Shown here one piece after another: positions 11,145 to 23,671 of a DNA stretch of 64,000 bases. The number at the start of each line of letters is the position of its first letter. Position 1 is the stretch's first letter. The notes under the pieces are model-generated. The model had not been told where the DNA came from, made no database searches, and was given only the letters and a program-made list of their open reading frames with translations. The DNA is from Lingula anatina (Eukaryota > Animalia > Brachiopoda): positions 9,308,954 through 9,372,953 of the forward strand of contig CM120644.1 of NCBI GenBank assembly GCA_051362555.1. Direction: 5' to 3'. The translations under genes were made by a program, and so were the position numbers.

Positions 11145-12345
11145 CACTGATGCTCATAAGTTAAGCAACACCCCGATTTTTTCAAAAGTTTCTTCTATCA
11201 TGATAACTATTTCATTTGTTAGTGGGATTATGCATATTTGTTTCATATTTTATAAATAACTTATTCAAGTTGAATGTTTCGGTTAAAGAAATACACCACA
11301 TAGCTTATTGTAATAAATCAAAATAACTTTATTAATCAAACGGTAATAAAATATGCCAAACCATGGGTTAAAATAGTATGCTCACACAGCAAAATGTACG
11401 TGCTGAATAAAACAGCTTATTATGAAAAAATAAAGTTCGATCATCTAAGAATTAGTTTTAATAAAAGAAGACTGTAGATAATAAATGATTAATCGTCTAT
11501 TATGCAATAAATATCGGGTGTGCCTTCCCTGGTTTTGAACAACAGCTTCACATTGTCTCCTGCAACTTGCCACCAAATTCTGCCAATCTTGCTTTCAGAG
11601 CCCGTTCCATTCTTCATTTACTGCCTGTAGGATACCGCGCTGTTGCAGCGCGTCTCGTACGGACCATGCTTTCTGGATGGGCACATTGTCCGGCACCAAA
11701 AGGATTTTTCTTTCTGGATTTGCTTGAATGTGTGATTGTATGCACCCCAATGGCATTTCGTCTCTGTATTGTTGACCAGGGCACCTCCCTTGAATGACGT
11801 ATGGTGGCAAATTTTCATTGTTTGGCTGACATGAACTGGTCCTGGTCGCAAAATCGAACCAGATATCTTCATCTCTTGCGTCGATTAATATTAATCTACC
11901 AGAAAGAGGCTTGTCCAATACATGACGAGTTTGGCGCCATTTTGATACCAGCTTGGACACTTGACTTGGTGTTACTTTTTGTTACCTTGCAACCTGTCTC
12001 TTTGGCACCCCAGCACGATGGCTTCCCATTATTTGCCATCTGATTACCTCGTTGAGTCCTCTTCTAACCATTGGTTGGTCCAAAATAACAAATTGTGCCC
12101 ATGAAACTAGCCAAACTGGAAGCTCGAGCCTCATGGCATGGCCAAACTGTGTTTTTCGCAAGTGGCACCCCATTGCACATTCTATCGTGTCCATCAGTAA
12201 ATAGTACTCTAATGTCAATGTCCAGTAAGTCAAAGTAAAAACAAGAGAAATATCTAGCTATTGTACAAATTTTGCCTCAATAAAAAATTGGTTGCTGATA
12301 AATTCGAGAAATAAGAAAGTGTTGCTTAACTTATCAGCAACAGTG
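11145..12345 (-). mobile_element. Decayed Tc1-like DNA transposon
   Basis: TA-CACTGATGCTCATAAGTTAAGCAACAC ... GTGTTGCTTAACTTATCAGCAACAGTG-TA TIRs. Fragmented transposase peptides: MVRRGLNEVIRWQIMG..RQVAR (HTH), SKLVSKWRQTRHVLDKPLSGR, and LVPDNVPIQKA (degenerate QDNARPH). Confidence 0.85.
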
Positions 12346-12672
12346 TATGTATTACGGTATACAACATTCGTCAAAAATATTGTCCCATTCCCAATTCCAT
12401 GCACTTTTTTCCCAAATGATCACATCACGAGTGTGAATTGTTGTAAACAGTGATCTTTATTCCATTTATTATATATAACGTGATTAATGCTTCAGAAAAT
12501 ACAAAATAGTGGAGAAAATATCCATATGTTATACAATTTTTTTCAATTGTAGAGCATGCATCCCCTCAAACTCGGCATTTCACTGTGATTTCCAACAACA
12601 TGCATATGAACACATCTTTCCCTCACTGCATTATTATTTGTGTTGATATTCTTCTCACTTCAGCATAAGAAA

Positions 12673-14517
12673 ATGGATCTAAGAGATATTTTTCTTCTCT
12701 GTGCAAGTTTGCTGGTCGCTGCACCCTCAATATGCCAAGGAGCATGTTCTATTAATCCTTACTGCTCAGACTGTGTCAATTATACCGAGGAAGGACAGAC
12801 AAAATGGAGATTCTACTGTCACCTTTACAATGAGTCCTATATAGACTCTTCCCATTTTATGGCTACTATTGATACGGTTGATTTCTTTCAAATTAATTAT
12901 TGGAGATCATTAAATATTACAATCAACAATGGAGCTTTCGGAAACATCCCTAACATTTTACGTATAAATATTGAAAAATCATCTGGAATCTGGCTTTCCA
13001 TAAGTCCAATGGCTTTCTCTCACGGTGTGCAGAACAACATGCGATCTTTGATCTTGTGGAACGCCCGCCTTACCACCGTACCTTCGGCCCTAAGATATCT
13101 AACTGCTCTACAGGAACTTGACCTTGGAAACAACAGAATAACTGGTGATCCAGCAAACTATCTTAGTCACCTGACATCGCTCCGGTCGCTGTGCCTTGAC
13201 AAAAACTCACTGTTGAGTAGCATCCCAGCATCCTTACAGAACTTGGCTAATCTCCGGAAATTGTCCCTCGCAAGCTGCTCCCTCAACCAGACTTCTGTAG
13301 CTTCATTCGACCAGCTGCCCAGATCGTTAGGGTGGCTAAGCGTTAATGGTAATCCATTGTATGCTGTACCTCCTGGAATTGGATTGCTTGAAAATCTTAC
13401 CTATCTTGATATAAGTGGCTGTAATCTGAATTCTTTGCCAGCCAATGTCTTCGTCAATCAAAACAAGTTGGAGGTTCTAGATCTGAGTGGAAATCCAAAA
13501 ATTGTTCCCACTCTCGATGTTCTTGTCCATCGGAAGTCCTTGAAGATTCTTAAACTTAACTCTATGAGTTTAACAGACATACCTGTTGTAATATCAGGAA
13601 TGGCAAATTTGGTAGAACTTGATTTAAGCTTAAATGGAATACTAGAAATAAATCAAAACCATTTTGCTAAAATGACACAGTTAAAGAAACTCAAACTGTA
13701 CCGCAATAAAATAGCCTCTCTTGACCTGCAAGCGTTCCAAAATTGTGACCAACTGGAGGAACTGGAGCTTAATTATAATCTTATACACCAATTGACCCTA
13801 ATTAATTTTGTTCCTCAAAACCTTAGGTATCTGAACCTGAGAGAAAATAGATTTGAAACGTTGGACAAGTGTACAGTTTCACATTTACTGTCACAAGTTC
13901 ATATCTCCTTCAGATCTGACATTTTCAGCCCGTATTTCATTTGCGATTGTCGTATGGCCTGGGTTCGAAAACTAAGAGAGGTTTTCGGTTCCAAGATGAC
14001 TTTAGTTGGTTCCTGTAACCGCCCGAGGGATTTATCCTATCAGACACTGTATTCATATACTCTGAGTGATTGCACTCGCGAAGACGAAAGTTTTGAAAAC
14101 TGCAACAATATCTCAACAACTCCACTCAATACAAAATTGGAACAACCGTCAGAGGCTTTGAATAGCTCGTTCGTCAATTCAGCGCAACTATCCAGTCTCC
14201 AAAAGGACATCAGCAACCTTCAAACTATCACAACAGTGTCGGTATTCGTTGCCGTTGTTGCCATTGTGGCAAGCGTCTCTGGTGGCATCCTGTTGCAGAT
14301 ATACTACTTTAGGGAACGAAACCGAGTGCCCTCATATGGGTGGAGCCAAGGTCACGTCAATCAAGGTCTCCAGCTATCGGAAGAGGCCCAAAATGAAAGA
14401 TCACTTGAACGCCAAAGTTCTGGAGATATTCAGTATCAGAACACAGATGATACGGCCAGCACTGGCCCTGGTTCCGACTGTGTAAATGCACCTCCAAGGT
14501 ATACAGGCTGGGTTTAA
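12673..14517 (+). CDS. LRR-containing single-pass transmembrane receptor, paralog 2 (614 aa, single coding exon, no TIR)
   Basis: ATG at 12673 follows a splice acceptor (ctcacttcag, 12663). Signal peptide MDLRDIFLLCASLLVAAPSICQG, Cys-rich N-cap, ~13 LRRs, LRR-CT (FICDCRMAWV), S/T stalk, TM helix, and a tail with YQN. It is colinear with paralog 1. Confidence 0.92.
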   Translation: MDLRDIFLLCASLLVAAPSICQGACSINPYCSDCVNYTEEGQTKWRFYCHLYNESYIDSSHFMATIDTVDFFQINYWRSLNITINNGAFGNIPNILRINIEKSSGIWLSISPMAFSHGVQNNMRSLILWNARLTTVPSALRYLTALQELDLGNNRITGDPANYLSHLTSLRSLCLDKNSLLSSIPASLQNLANLRKLSLASCSLNQTSVASFDQLPRSLGWLSVNGNPLYAVPPGIGLLENLTYLDISGCNLNSLPANVFVNQNKLEVLDLSGNPKIVPTLDVLVHRKSLKILKLNSMSLTDIPVVISGMANLVELDLSLNGILEINQNHFAKMTQLKKLKLYRNKIASLDLQAFQNCDQLEELELNYNLIHQLTLINFVPQNLRYLNLRENRFETLDKCTVSHLLSQVHISFRSDIFSPYFICDCRMAWVRKLREVFGSKMTLVGSCNRPRDLSYQTLYSYTLSDCTREDESFENCNNISTTPLNTKLEQPSEALNSSFVNSAQLSSLQKDISNLQTITTVSVFVAVVAIVASVSGGILLQIYYFRERNRVPSYGWSQGHVNQGLQLSEEAQNERSLERQSSGDIQYQNTDDTASTGPGSDCVNAPPRYTGWV

Positions 14518-14629
14518 AATAGGGGGGGTTGTCACTACGACTCCTCCACAGGTATCATAAGTAACGTGTAGAAAAATCCTGTTTTTTGGCTCTGCGACTA
14601 TCTAACATCACCCTTTTATAAAATACTTA

Positions 14630-14980
14630 CAGAGGGAAAATTGAATTGCGGCTGCACACGCCGGCAACAAAGATGTATATATACCTGACTTTTTTATGAT
14701 AACAATTGTTACAAAGGGTTTCGAACTCTAACCGCTTATAGGTACATGTGTTACTCCAAACATTTGTCCCACTTTAATAGCCGGAGAAGTTGTTTATTAG
14801 TCATAGTTAAGCAAAGTCAAGGACACCAATTAGTACCCCAGCATTGTCATTGTGGCCGCAAAATTAAAAGAACGTATGTTTTATTCCATATTTATTATAA
14901 AAGTGCACATTGGGAGATATATAGTATTTCAGTTAACTTATGTGAGGGGATTCGGGGAGGAGCGGACGTTTTACCCTCTG
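14630..14980. mobile_element. Probable MITE inserted just 3' of LRR paralog 2
   Basis: Short imperfect TIRs CAGAGGGAAAA / TTTTACCCTCTG. Similarity to the paralog-1 3' region (TTTTATAAAATA) breaks here. No clear TSD. Confidence 0.35.
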
Positions 14981-16265
14981 TCGTTGCCTTTCTTAGTATA
15001 TATCGTGTTGAACATTCAGAAATTTGTTACATGTAGACATAAAATTTGGTATATGTAGACATAAAAAAGTTTTCCGTTTCTCTTTATATAAGTGTGTTTT
15101 CAAAATATGTCAAATTACTTTGTGTTCGTGTACTTTTTATATGTCACTTGCCGGTAAATTGCATTCAATGTATAAATTGTAAATCATTATAAGCATAGAA
15201 ATAAAAATTACATGAAATAGATGATCAAGTCTCGATCTATTTATGTTATTATATCAAATAATAGATAGTTTATAATAAATACAATAGCAATACATTTATA
15301 AAACTGCACTACACGTGCGTCTCAGTGATATTTAGGAGAGGTAAATACATACTAAAACTTAAACTACAAAGATAAATGAAAAACTAACATAGAAGTAATT
15401 AAAACTAAAAGATAAAATATAACCAAAATATCCTTTATATAAAGGTGTTTTTAATTCTTTTTAAATAGTAATAATAGTCATTAAAAGACACATTTTATTT
15501 GTAAATAAAATTTAACCACAAAATCAGTGCAGCAATCACAAAAACTCCTGTGACCATTTGTCATAAGAGTATCTTTTTGGCATCGTTTCGCTTGAGGTGA
15601 AATTGATCACTGGAGGGGAGAGTTCTGAAACGAGTTTTAAGTCATATTTTATTCTTCATGTAAAATGGACAATCGCCCTTTAATTTTTTTTAATGAACAG
15701 TAATATCTTATAGACTGTTCTTTGAGACACGGGAAACCAGTGAAGATCGCGAAGATCTGTGACGAGGTCGGACTTTTGAGTTTTACGGGGGAGACGAGCT
15801 GCTAAATTCTAAATAGACTGCATTTTTTTCATTTGATATTTAGGTATTCCGAACAAGAGGCTGTTGCAATGTTCGATTCTTGAAGTCACAAATACATGGA
15901 TGAGTATATATAGCTCTGTTTGCTCGCTGTCAATAAGGTGAAGAATCTTATTTGTTACAAATATGATGATCTACATACTCGGTTTTATCACATTAATGGG
16001 CAGCTACTACATATCAAATTTAACATGGTGTTTACTAAAATTAAAACGCTGTATGTCTGCTTGATGAGACATTTATTGTATTTTGATGGCATAAAAGCAA
16101 ACATCATTAGCGTAAGAGTCGCAGAAATATGTATTTGATTGGCATGTATCACTATTTTCCATACATCAATATTATAAATGCTTTCAGTTGGCAGATTCTG
16201 TACATGATGCATACTGAACACCGCATGCTTTATTGCTATGTTTTACATCATTGAGTCTGCATGCA

Positions 16266-17439
16266 CTACCCAATGATGGAGTTCGTGTCCTTCGTAAGTG
16301 GACATCCCAGTAGGTCAGCACGGATGGACGGGTGAGCGTTCCACTTGACCGGGTTAATACGGACATATCTGGCGTAGATAGGAGGGTCAAGGTCACGCAC
16401 CTGTGGTGTCACTGTGTCCCAGTTACCGTCAAATATCTAGAAGTTTATTTTAAGTTGTATAATACTGTCTAGAAAAGTAATTAAGTAACAAAAATGATGA
16501 AATGGGTGTTTAAGGTTAAGTTCCCTAAGATTTTATTGTTAATATTTTTACTGAAATATCCTTCATTAATATGATGAAGCACGCCTGTCTTATTAACAGA
16601 TATATTTAAATATCAAGAGAAGTTAGATTTCATGTAAATTGGAAACTAAACTTGCTAAAGGCTCTTAATAGGCACTGTATTTAAATGAGGTAACACTATC
16701 GACAAATAGTATCACATAGCATAACAAACCACAGGTTGGAAATCATTGTCTACAAACATAGCCATATCATCTGTTGCGTTGCCGTAGTACAGCCGGTATG
16801 CCGTGACGTATTGTCCTTTACCTGCGCTAAAATACCCCTCTCTACCTTTGGTTATCACACCTGTTATCTGTAATGAATATCAATTCAATATTGTAATTAT
16901 TAAAGGATAAAAAACATCAAATATGATCCGTTTCTTTCCAATAAAATATTAGGGCAACACACATTTATACAGCCGTTGCTTTAACATATATAATGATCGT
17001 CTTGGCCACTTCTTATACTCACATACACAAATTAACAATGCATGAATACCCTGCAGGCCTACAAACTAGTTTTGAAATACATGGGCACACATACAAACAC
17101 GACAGAGAGAGAGAGAGAGAGCAGTAGGGTGTCATCTATTTGGCTCACCTTTCTGGAGAACCCCAGATCAAACTGCAGCCATTGTTTGTCGTCCTGAGTC
17201 AAGGAGCTCCAACCTCCGTTCCCATTCCTGTCCGTGACCAGATTGATACGTGACCTGTGCGGGAAGTGATTCAGGCAACAGGCGCTATTAGTATGGGGGT
17301 AGGACGTGGAGGCCGTTATAGAACTATCTGGTATCGGGTGTTTCCCGGACACGAGCAATTCAGAACAGCCTGTTCCTCCGTGTGCTGGGGCAATATTAAT
17401 ACAAATGAGTGCGAGAGTGAATGGTAGCAAAGCACCCAT
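16266..17439 (-). CDS. Secreted single F5/8 type C (FA58C/discoidin) domain protein, 199 aa, 3 exons
   Basis: Exons 17439-17149, 16867-16730, 16436-16266, all GT-AG phase 0. Signal peptide MGALLPFTLALICINIAPAHG; motifs IPDSSITAST, QWLQFDLG, ITGVITKGR, YVTAYRLYY, IFDGNWD, IYARYVRINPVKW, IRADLLGC. Confidence 0.92.
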
Positions 17440-18364
17440 ACTAGTGAGTTTTACCGAGCCGGTCGTTCTTCGATCCTTAAAATGATGCAAGTATTAACAA
17501 GACGATGTGCATACTAGTATGATCAAGATATGAAATATATACCGTAGTGTTACTGCATGTATATACTATAGTTATAGCGACAAATGTTATTTTCTCACGG
17601 TATATGGTCAGACGAAGATAAATCCTATCTATACATGTACATGTAGTTTTGGTCACGATTTGACCTAGCTACTTGGTATATAACTGCAAAAGGACCATGT
17701 GGCTGGTCCATCTACAAAATACAGTTTGGCTCCAAGATGCCAATTATAACATGCCAGCACCGGAAGTCGGTGGCCAACTGAAAAATGCAGTTGTTGGTGT
17801 GTCACTTGTATATGTATGCCAGCACAGAATGGAAGCTAAATTTCTAGATTAAAAAAACAACAAGATCTAGACTCACATATTAAATTAATCAGTAGATAGT
17901 TTACTGGCAACATGTAATCATATTTCGGCTTGCATTCCACAGAACAAATGTCTTATCCCAAAGATCCCAGCTTCGATCAGTACTCATTTGAAAACTTTAC
18001 TTTAGTAATAATATCATGATCAAATGGTTCGCTATGGAGCCATTGTGTTTACAGTTGACGTGACGTAATTTATATGATAGAGTCGCCTCATCCTTACTAC
18101 ATATTAAGGCACAAAATCAGAGTTAGTGGTACAAACAAAGGTTTGCTTAAAATTGTATAGGCCCGATAGTAATTGCGTTTTAGGATCGATTTATTTTTAA
18201 CAAAAACAAATTTTGAATTACGTCATTCATCATCATCATATAAGTAGCTTACTTACATAAAATATACATTGATGTACAGTATTTGTTAGCATTTTCCTTA
18301 TACGTGTAATAACGTTTTGACATTTTAAAGTCAATACTGAAAAAAACACGTTATATATATTTTA

Positions 18365-21300
18365 TTAGCAAAGACCACACTTTTTGGGACAATATTTCAG
18401 CCGAATTTCTTCCTTCTCCCCGCGGATATGCCACCCTTTGGTACAGGCTCGTCTTGGCATTCTTGCGCACCTGTAGCTGTCACGACCTCTGGTGCCCATA
18501 GCTGGACAGTTGTCTGAAAAATTAGATATTCATATGAATATTGCATTTATAAGTGATTTTACGTGTTTTCTTTGAATGTTGTCTGAAGTAAACTAAAGAC
18601 ATAATTTCACTTGTTTTAAACACAATGTTTAAAAATCCGCAAACATTAAAGATTTATTTCATAATACAAATAATCCATTTGATTTTTAAACTGAATAATG
18701 AGGACTATTTTTTTTTTTTTTTTTTTTTTTTTAAATATCTTGTCAACACCAGTACCATAATACACAAGTCGTACATTTTTCGCAACGGCTTCCGGTGAAG
18801 TACTTGGAGCATGCACAGGTACATGTGCTGGGGTCAAAGTCCCCGTCATTCTCGCAGGTTAGTGCATTATGGCACTTTGCTAAATCAAAAGAACAAGTGA
18901 ATTTTAATGCCAATTTATCCAACTCGAGCCAAATGTGTTCTACCGATACTAAAAATACAACTTCACGTAGAAGATTCATCTAAAGAATTAGTTATCAGAT
19001 AAATGTACACACAGCTTAAAATGAAAGACTGATACGCTACGACAATGCGCACTTCTATTCTAGCTGTTTTAACAGAGCCTGGCTCAATCGATTTGGTGAC
19101 AGCTTACAGAAGGGTCTCTGGTGGAGAGCAGACAGTTAGTACTAACAGTAACTCGGTGACGGTGAAGCTTCATAATCTGCGACCCCACTCTCATTTTAAA
19201 TTCCCACCTCTCGATCTGTCGACACGAACGGGTCTCTACACTCACCTTTCTCACACATTGCACCGTAGAAATTAGGGTGACAACGACAGGTGCACGTGTC
19301 ATAGTCCGGAGTCCCCCAGTTTTCACACGTCAGTATCTTACCAAGACAAGGGTCTGGAGCACCTGAAATGAAGTGTCGTCTGGACTTCTTATTTTGTAAG
19401 ATGGTAATTCAGAATGGTGCGGTTGCACATGGCAACATATTTTGTAGTCTTGTAGGACTGTTTGATCAAACACTGTACCATAAGTCATTTTTTGTCTGCC
19501 CAAATTTGAAATAAGCAATACACAATGCATATAATAATATTACACTTAACATTCAAGAAGTATACTACATTATTATTATTATTGTTATTATAATTATAAT
19601 TATTATTATTTTTTGGGATGGGCTAAATAAATAGACAAATATATGAAGTTGGATACAGATGAATAAATAAATGAATAAGGATTGAGCAATAAGAATTGAC
19701 GATTGCTTTAATTTACTTACTGCAATGCGAAGGATATTTCTGACACTCATCCTTTGTAACTGCAAAGATGTGAAGAGATGCATTTTAACGAAATAGAAAT
19801 AGAAATGGGTAACACATCACTAGTATGTCATATTGTGTATAACATTATTATACGTAATTTACAGCGTAATTTATAATTCACCGTAGAGATACTTTAAAGT
19901 ATTTCAAAATTAACATGGGTTTTTATATGAGTTTTAACTCATATGTAAATCAGGGCACACAGCTCACCGCATAACCCCTGGTGGCAGTCTCCTGTATTCT
20001 CGGGGTTCTCAGAGCACTTGGAGCAAGGAGGACCGGCCTTGAAGGGTTTGAGCCAGGCCTTGTTCCCACTGTAAGAGAGGGATTCCGTTTGGATTTTATA
20101 TTTTTATCATTTCTTTATTTTTACGACAGGTATTGTATACTGCCTATTCACCAGAGTTATTTGGCGACAATACACATTATATATTTTAATTTTATATAAC
20201 CATTATACAATAATAATGTAATAATCGTGTGTGATAATTATTTTTTTTAGAATACGGCAGTGCAAATTACTGTTTATGCATGTGGAATACGTAATCTTTA
20301 GGCCTTCATAATTTTATCTCACACTAGAACTACGAAACACGTAAACATGCTCATTTACAATTGAAATGATTATTTAAAAAAAACACCTCCCCCTCAATGA
20401 AACCTATTCTCAAAATATGTTTGATTTGAAAGGGTACTACAGGTTGCACTACATTTGCCATACATACGCTGGCCAATAATTGCAGACTACGTAGTACCAC
20501 GTGGCAAACAGTGGTTGGTTCTTCCATGGAGACCCGACTGTACAGCGGTGCATGCCACATCCCATGCGATAACTCTCTGACCATGCCATCTGAAGAAATC
20601 GGACATGAGAATTTTAAATGAAATGTATGCGGGACAAAAGTAAAGGGCAATGAGCAAATAATACTGGATTGGGTCGTTTCATCGTGTGGCCATGGCCGCA
20701 CGAAAATGCAGTAGTATCGAAGTAGCAAAGAAGCATTAACGCAGTAGTGGTGTGGAGCATATTTGCAGTAGAAATGCAGTATAGCCTACTGCAATTCTAC
20801 TTCACAAATCACATAGGGTTGTACAGAAGAGGAGCATTAATGCAGTAGATTAGCAGCATGATAGAAGCATGTTTCAAATATGCTAATTAGCTCCCCAATC
20901 GAAGCAGATTTGAAGCATGTTTGCAGTATGATTGCAGTAGTCTACTGCGCTGGAGTATCTACTTCGTTTTCGTGCGGGCGGGCCGCGCATGCAGTTTCAT
21001 CGTGTGATCAACCACATCAAAATTATATCACCTGTTTAGTGCAACATAATGAATACAGAAGCCACATCAAAATCGTTTGCAATTTATGTAAACCAAAGCC
21101 AATGTGAAAGAGGTACTGGACAATAGGCAGGAGAAAAAAACTTGGTAAGTTATTATACAGACTTTTTTTTAATCAACAATCGTACAACATTTAATAGACA
21201 TTGTCTGTAGGATAGTGTATATGCGCTCCATTTTAATTTATTCACTACACATTGTCTAACATTGTGAGTCCCACTTTAACTTATATATACAAATATACAA

Positions 21301-21491
21301 CTTATATATACAAATATACAACTTATATATACAAATCCTCCTAACACATGTATATCACGTACAAATGAATAGAAAATAAATGCTGAGAGCATTTACGTAT
21401 CGATTTGATGCGTAGAATAAAAAAGGGTTATGAAGCTTAAAAACCCTCAGTGATACTTAGCTGGCGAAATAAGGAAATAAAGATGATATTA

Positions 21492-21525
<34 letters not shown>

Positions 21526-23220
21526 CCATTAGCTTGAATACAATTAATGCAATAGTAATAATATAAAATTCAAAATTTCAAAAATGTAACTATATGATGA
21601 TATAGTTATTTTTTATTTTTTGTATAATGCTATCCTTTTTATTTCTTCTTATTCACCATCACCTGGGTATAATGTAGACAATGGTGCTCTGTCCCAGGTT
21701 GACATTTATTCCGTGTGTAGTTCCAGAGTTTGTATTCCTCGAACCACGCTGTCACTGGAAACCTAACAAGAATCAATGGATCTTTCATCAGTGTAAAAAA
21801 AACACCATGGTGAAAATCTCAAAATGTAGCTCACTTTCAGTAATGCTGTCAAGACAAACTACCAGGGTAAGAATTGTTATATTTATTACCTTTCCGAAGA
21901 ATAAACAGATAGAAAATTTTTAAAATGTAGACCAGCAAAAGAATAAAGAAAATAATAATAACAAGAGAATATATGAGCATCTTACGTTACAGTCGAGGGC
22001 GGGGTCAATGACTGTGCCATAATGTTCTGACCCATCTTCTCTCTGGCGTACGGCGTTCCTGCAGAGGGGTACCCATGGTCCCAGTGGCAGTTCTCAGACC
22101 ACTTCTGTGCTATGTCGGCCAGGTCATCGTCCCAGATCTGGAACACGGGTTTAAGTTATATCAATCCATTTGAAAAAAGCATGAAACTATATGTAGATAC
22201 GTCTATAAAGTAAAAGTTCTGTTTTTTAAACACTTTGTGCCCGATTCCGGACAGAAACATTGCCCAAGATTAAATTCGGCTGATATTACATTCACACTGT
22301 TTATACTTCAGTGAGAAGATTATGCTACTGATATACAGTAAATCTAATTCTAAAATACTTACCATGTGTCTCATGTCAGCAGCTGTGGGAGAGACGCTTC
22401 TGCGATATTGATTATGAAGGTTGAGAAGTTCCATCTTCTCTGTTTCTGTATACTTCATGACAGAGGACCGCCTGCTTCTCAAGGGGTAAACTTGGGCGTC
22501 ATGAAGCGACCTGTCGTCTTTACAAGATAAACATGTGGTTGTGTAATGGAATGCCTTGACTGAGATAAAACGTGTAGATTTATTTTGATTGAAGTCGATA
22601 ATTAAGTCACCAATAGCACCACTGACATGAATTGATACTCACCTAGCGAACCATTTTATTTATTTACTTATGCTTCAGTTCCATTTTTCGAAGCACAAGC
22701 CAACCTTGATACAGTTCACGTTAAGAATGCAGACATTCTGACCTTTAAAATGCTGTACATATATTAACTGATAAGAAAATAGCGATTTATCGCGTCCTGG
22801 TATCAGTTTAAGTTACTTAAACACCTGCCTGCTTATTTAATCCCATCCCATTACTAATAACAAGTTAACTACACTTATATCAGACGCTTGATCTCCAAAT
22901 CTAGGGTTGTGTAAATTTCTGGCCAACCCAACCAAAGCTGTTTGTCATCTTAAATGGACACAGGAGACATAAGAACCGCCTACTTGGCGTTACTGAAGGT
23001 AAGATAACATTTGTTTGTTAGAATTTTAAAGTTACCTTATGTATTTTACCCTTGAAAAAAGAAACGATTTTTTCATTTTCGATCTAAATATATACAATTT
23101 GTTCATACTTAGAAAACTAACAGAAACCTTATAGCAAAGAAACAAAAGTAACTTACTGTGGCAGAGACAACTATTTAAAAGTACACTGCAAAGGACAAAA
23201 CAGCTGAATCTTGTCTTCAT
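18365..23220 (-). CDS. Secreted CAP/SCP (CRISP-like) protein with one EGF-like and a C-terminal ShKT domain, ~328 aa, 9 exons
   Basis: Exons 23220-23157, 22517-22363, 22137-21986, 21762-21663, 20589-20468, 20068-19968, 19759-19721, 18879-18775, 18513-18365 join in frame. Motifs: LHNQYR, PTAADM, WDDDLA, GQNI, HYTQMAW, GCG, VVCNYWPAGN; EGF CENDG..CTCACSKYFTGSRCE; ShKT ending YCPKKCGLC*. Confidence 0.88.
20696..20978. mobile_element. MITE in CAP gene 1 intron
   Basis: TIRs CCGCACGAAAATGCAGTAG / CTACTTCGTTTTCGTGCGG, with many internal GCAGTAG subrepeats. Confidence 0.6.
21278..21336. repeat. 21-bp tandem repeat, ~3 copies
   Basis: AACTTATATATACAAATATAC repeated. Confidence 0.8.
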
Positions 23221-23586
23221 GTCCAATGTTGATGAATGCAGTTTCTTGCGTTTGGAATCAATTAGGCCTATCTGAGTTTTGTCTGTCGGTACGAAGCATA
23301 CAAGTCCAATTTCACACGTTGATTATTTCCAATGTTTCAAAAGGCGTCAAAGAGAGCACAAGACTGAACCGGCCGGGCACTTGACACCTATCCTCTGGGC
23401 TTTAAATATTGACCTTGACCTCTATTTGCTTTTCTGATCACGGTGAAATATTTGCTAGACTAAATGTTAACTTTTCCACGTTGTCTCTTTACTTTTTCAT
23501 AAGAGATTTGATGCTGTTTAACAGCCCCAAGCACAACAGAGTGAACGTTTTGCGAAGTTATATATAAGTATTTATCAACTCAAATC

Positions 23587-23671
23587 CTCGTGATAAAAAT
23601 GATTAACTATTGAACCCCCACCCCCTGATACCATAGATAACCATCAACCAATAATGCGGTTAGTCAGGTCT
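23587..23671. repeat. Dispersed repeat fragment; a second copy lies inverted at ~26553-26646
   Basis: CTCGTGATAAAA.TGATT...AGATAACCA.CAACCAATAATGCGGTTA matches the reverse complement of 26553-26646. Confidence 0.7.

Noticed and set aside
14715-14740. B-box-like GTTCGAAACC suggesting a tRNA or SINE
   Set aside because: No A-box or cloverleaf can be formed.
18365-18430. Apparent frameshift before the ShKT end of CAP gene 1
   Set aside because: Careful re-reading gives a continuous frame HIRGEKEEIRLKYCPKKCGLC-stop.
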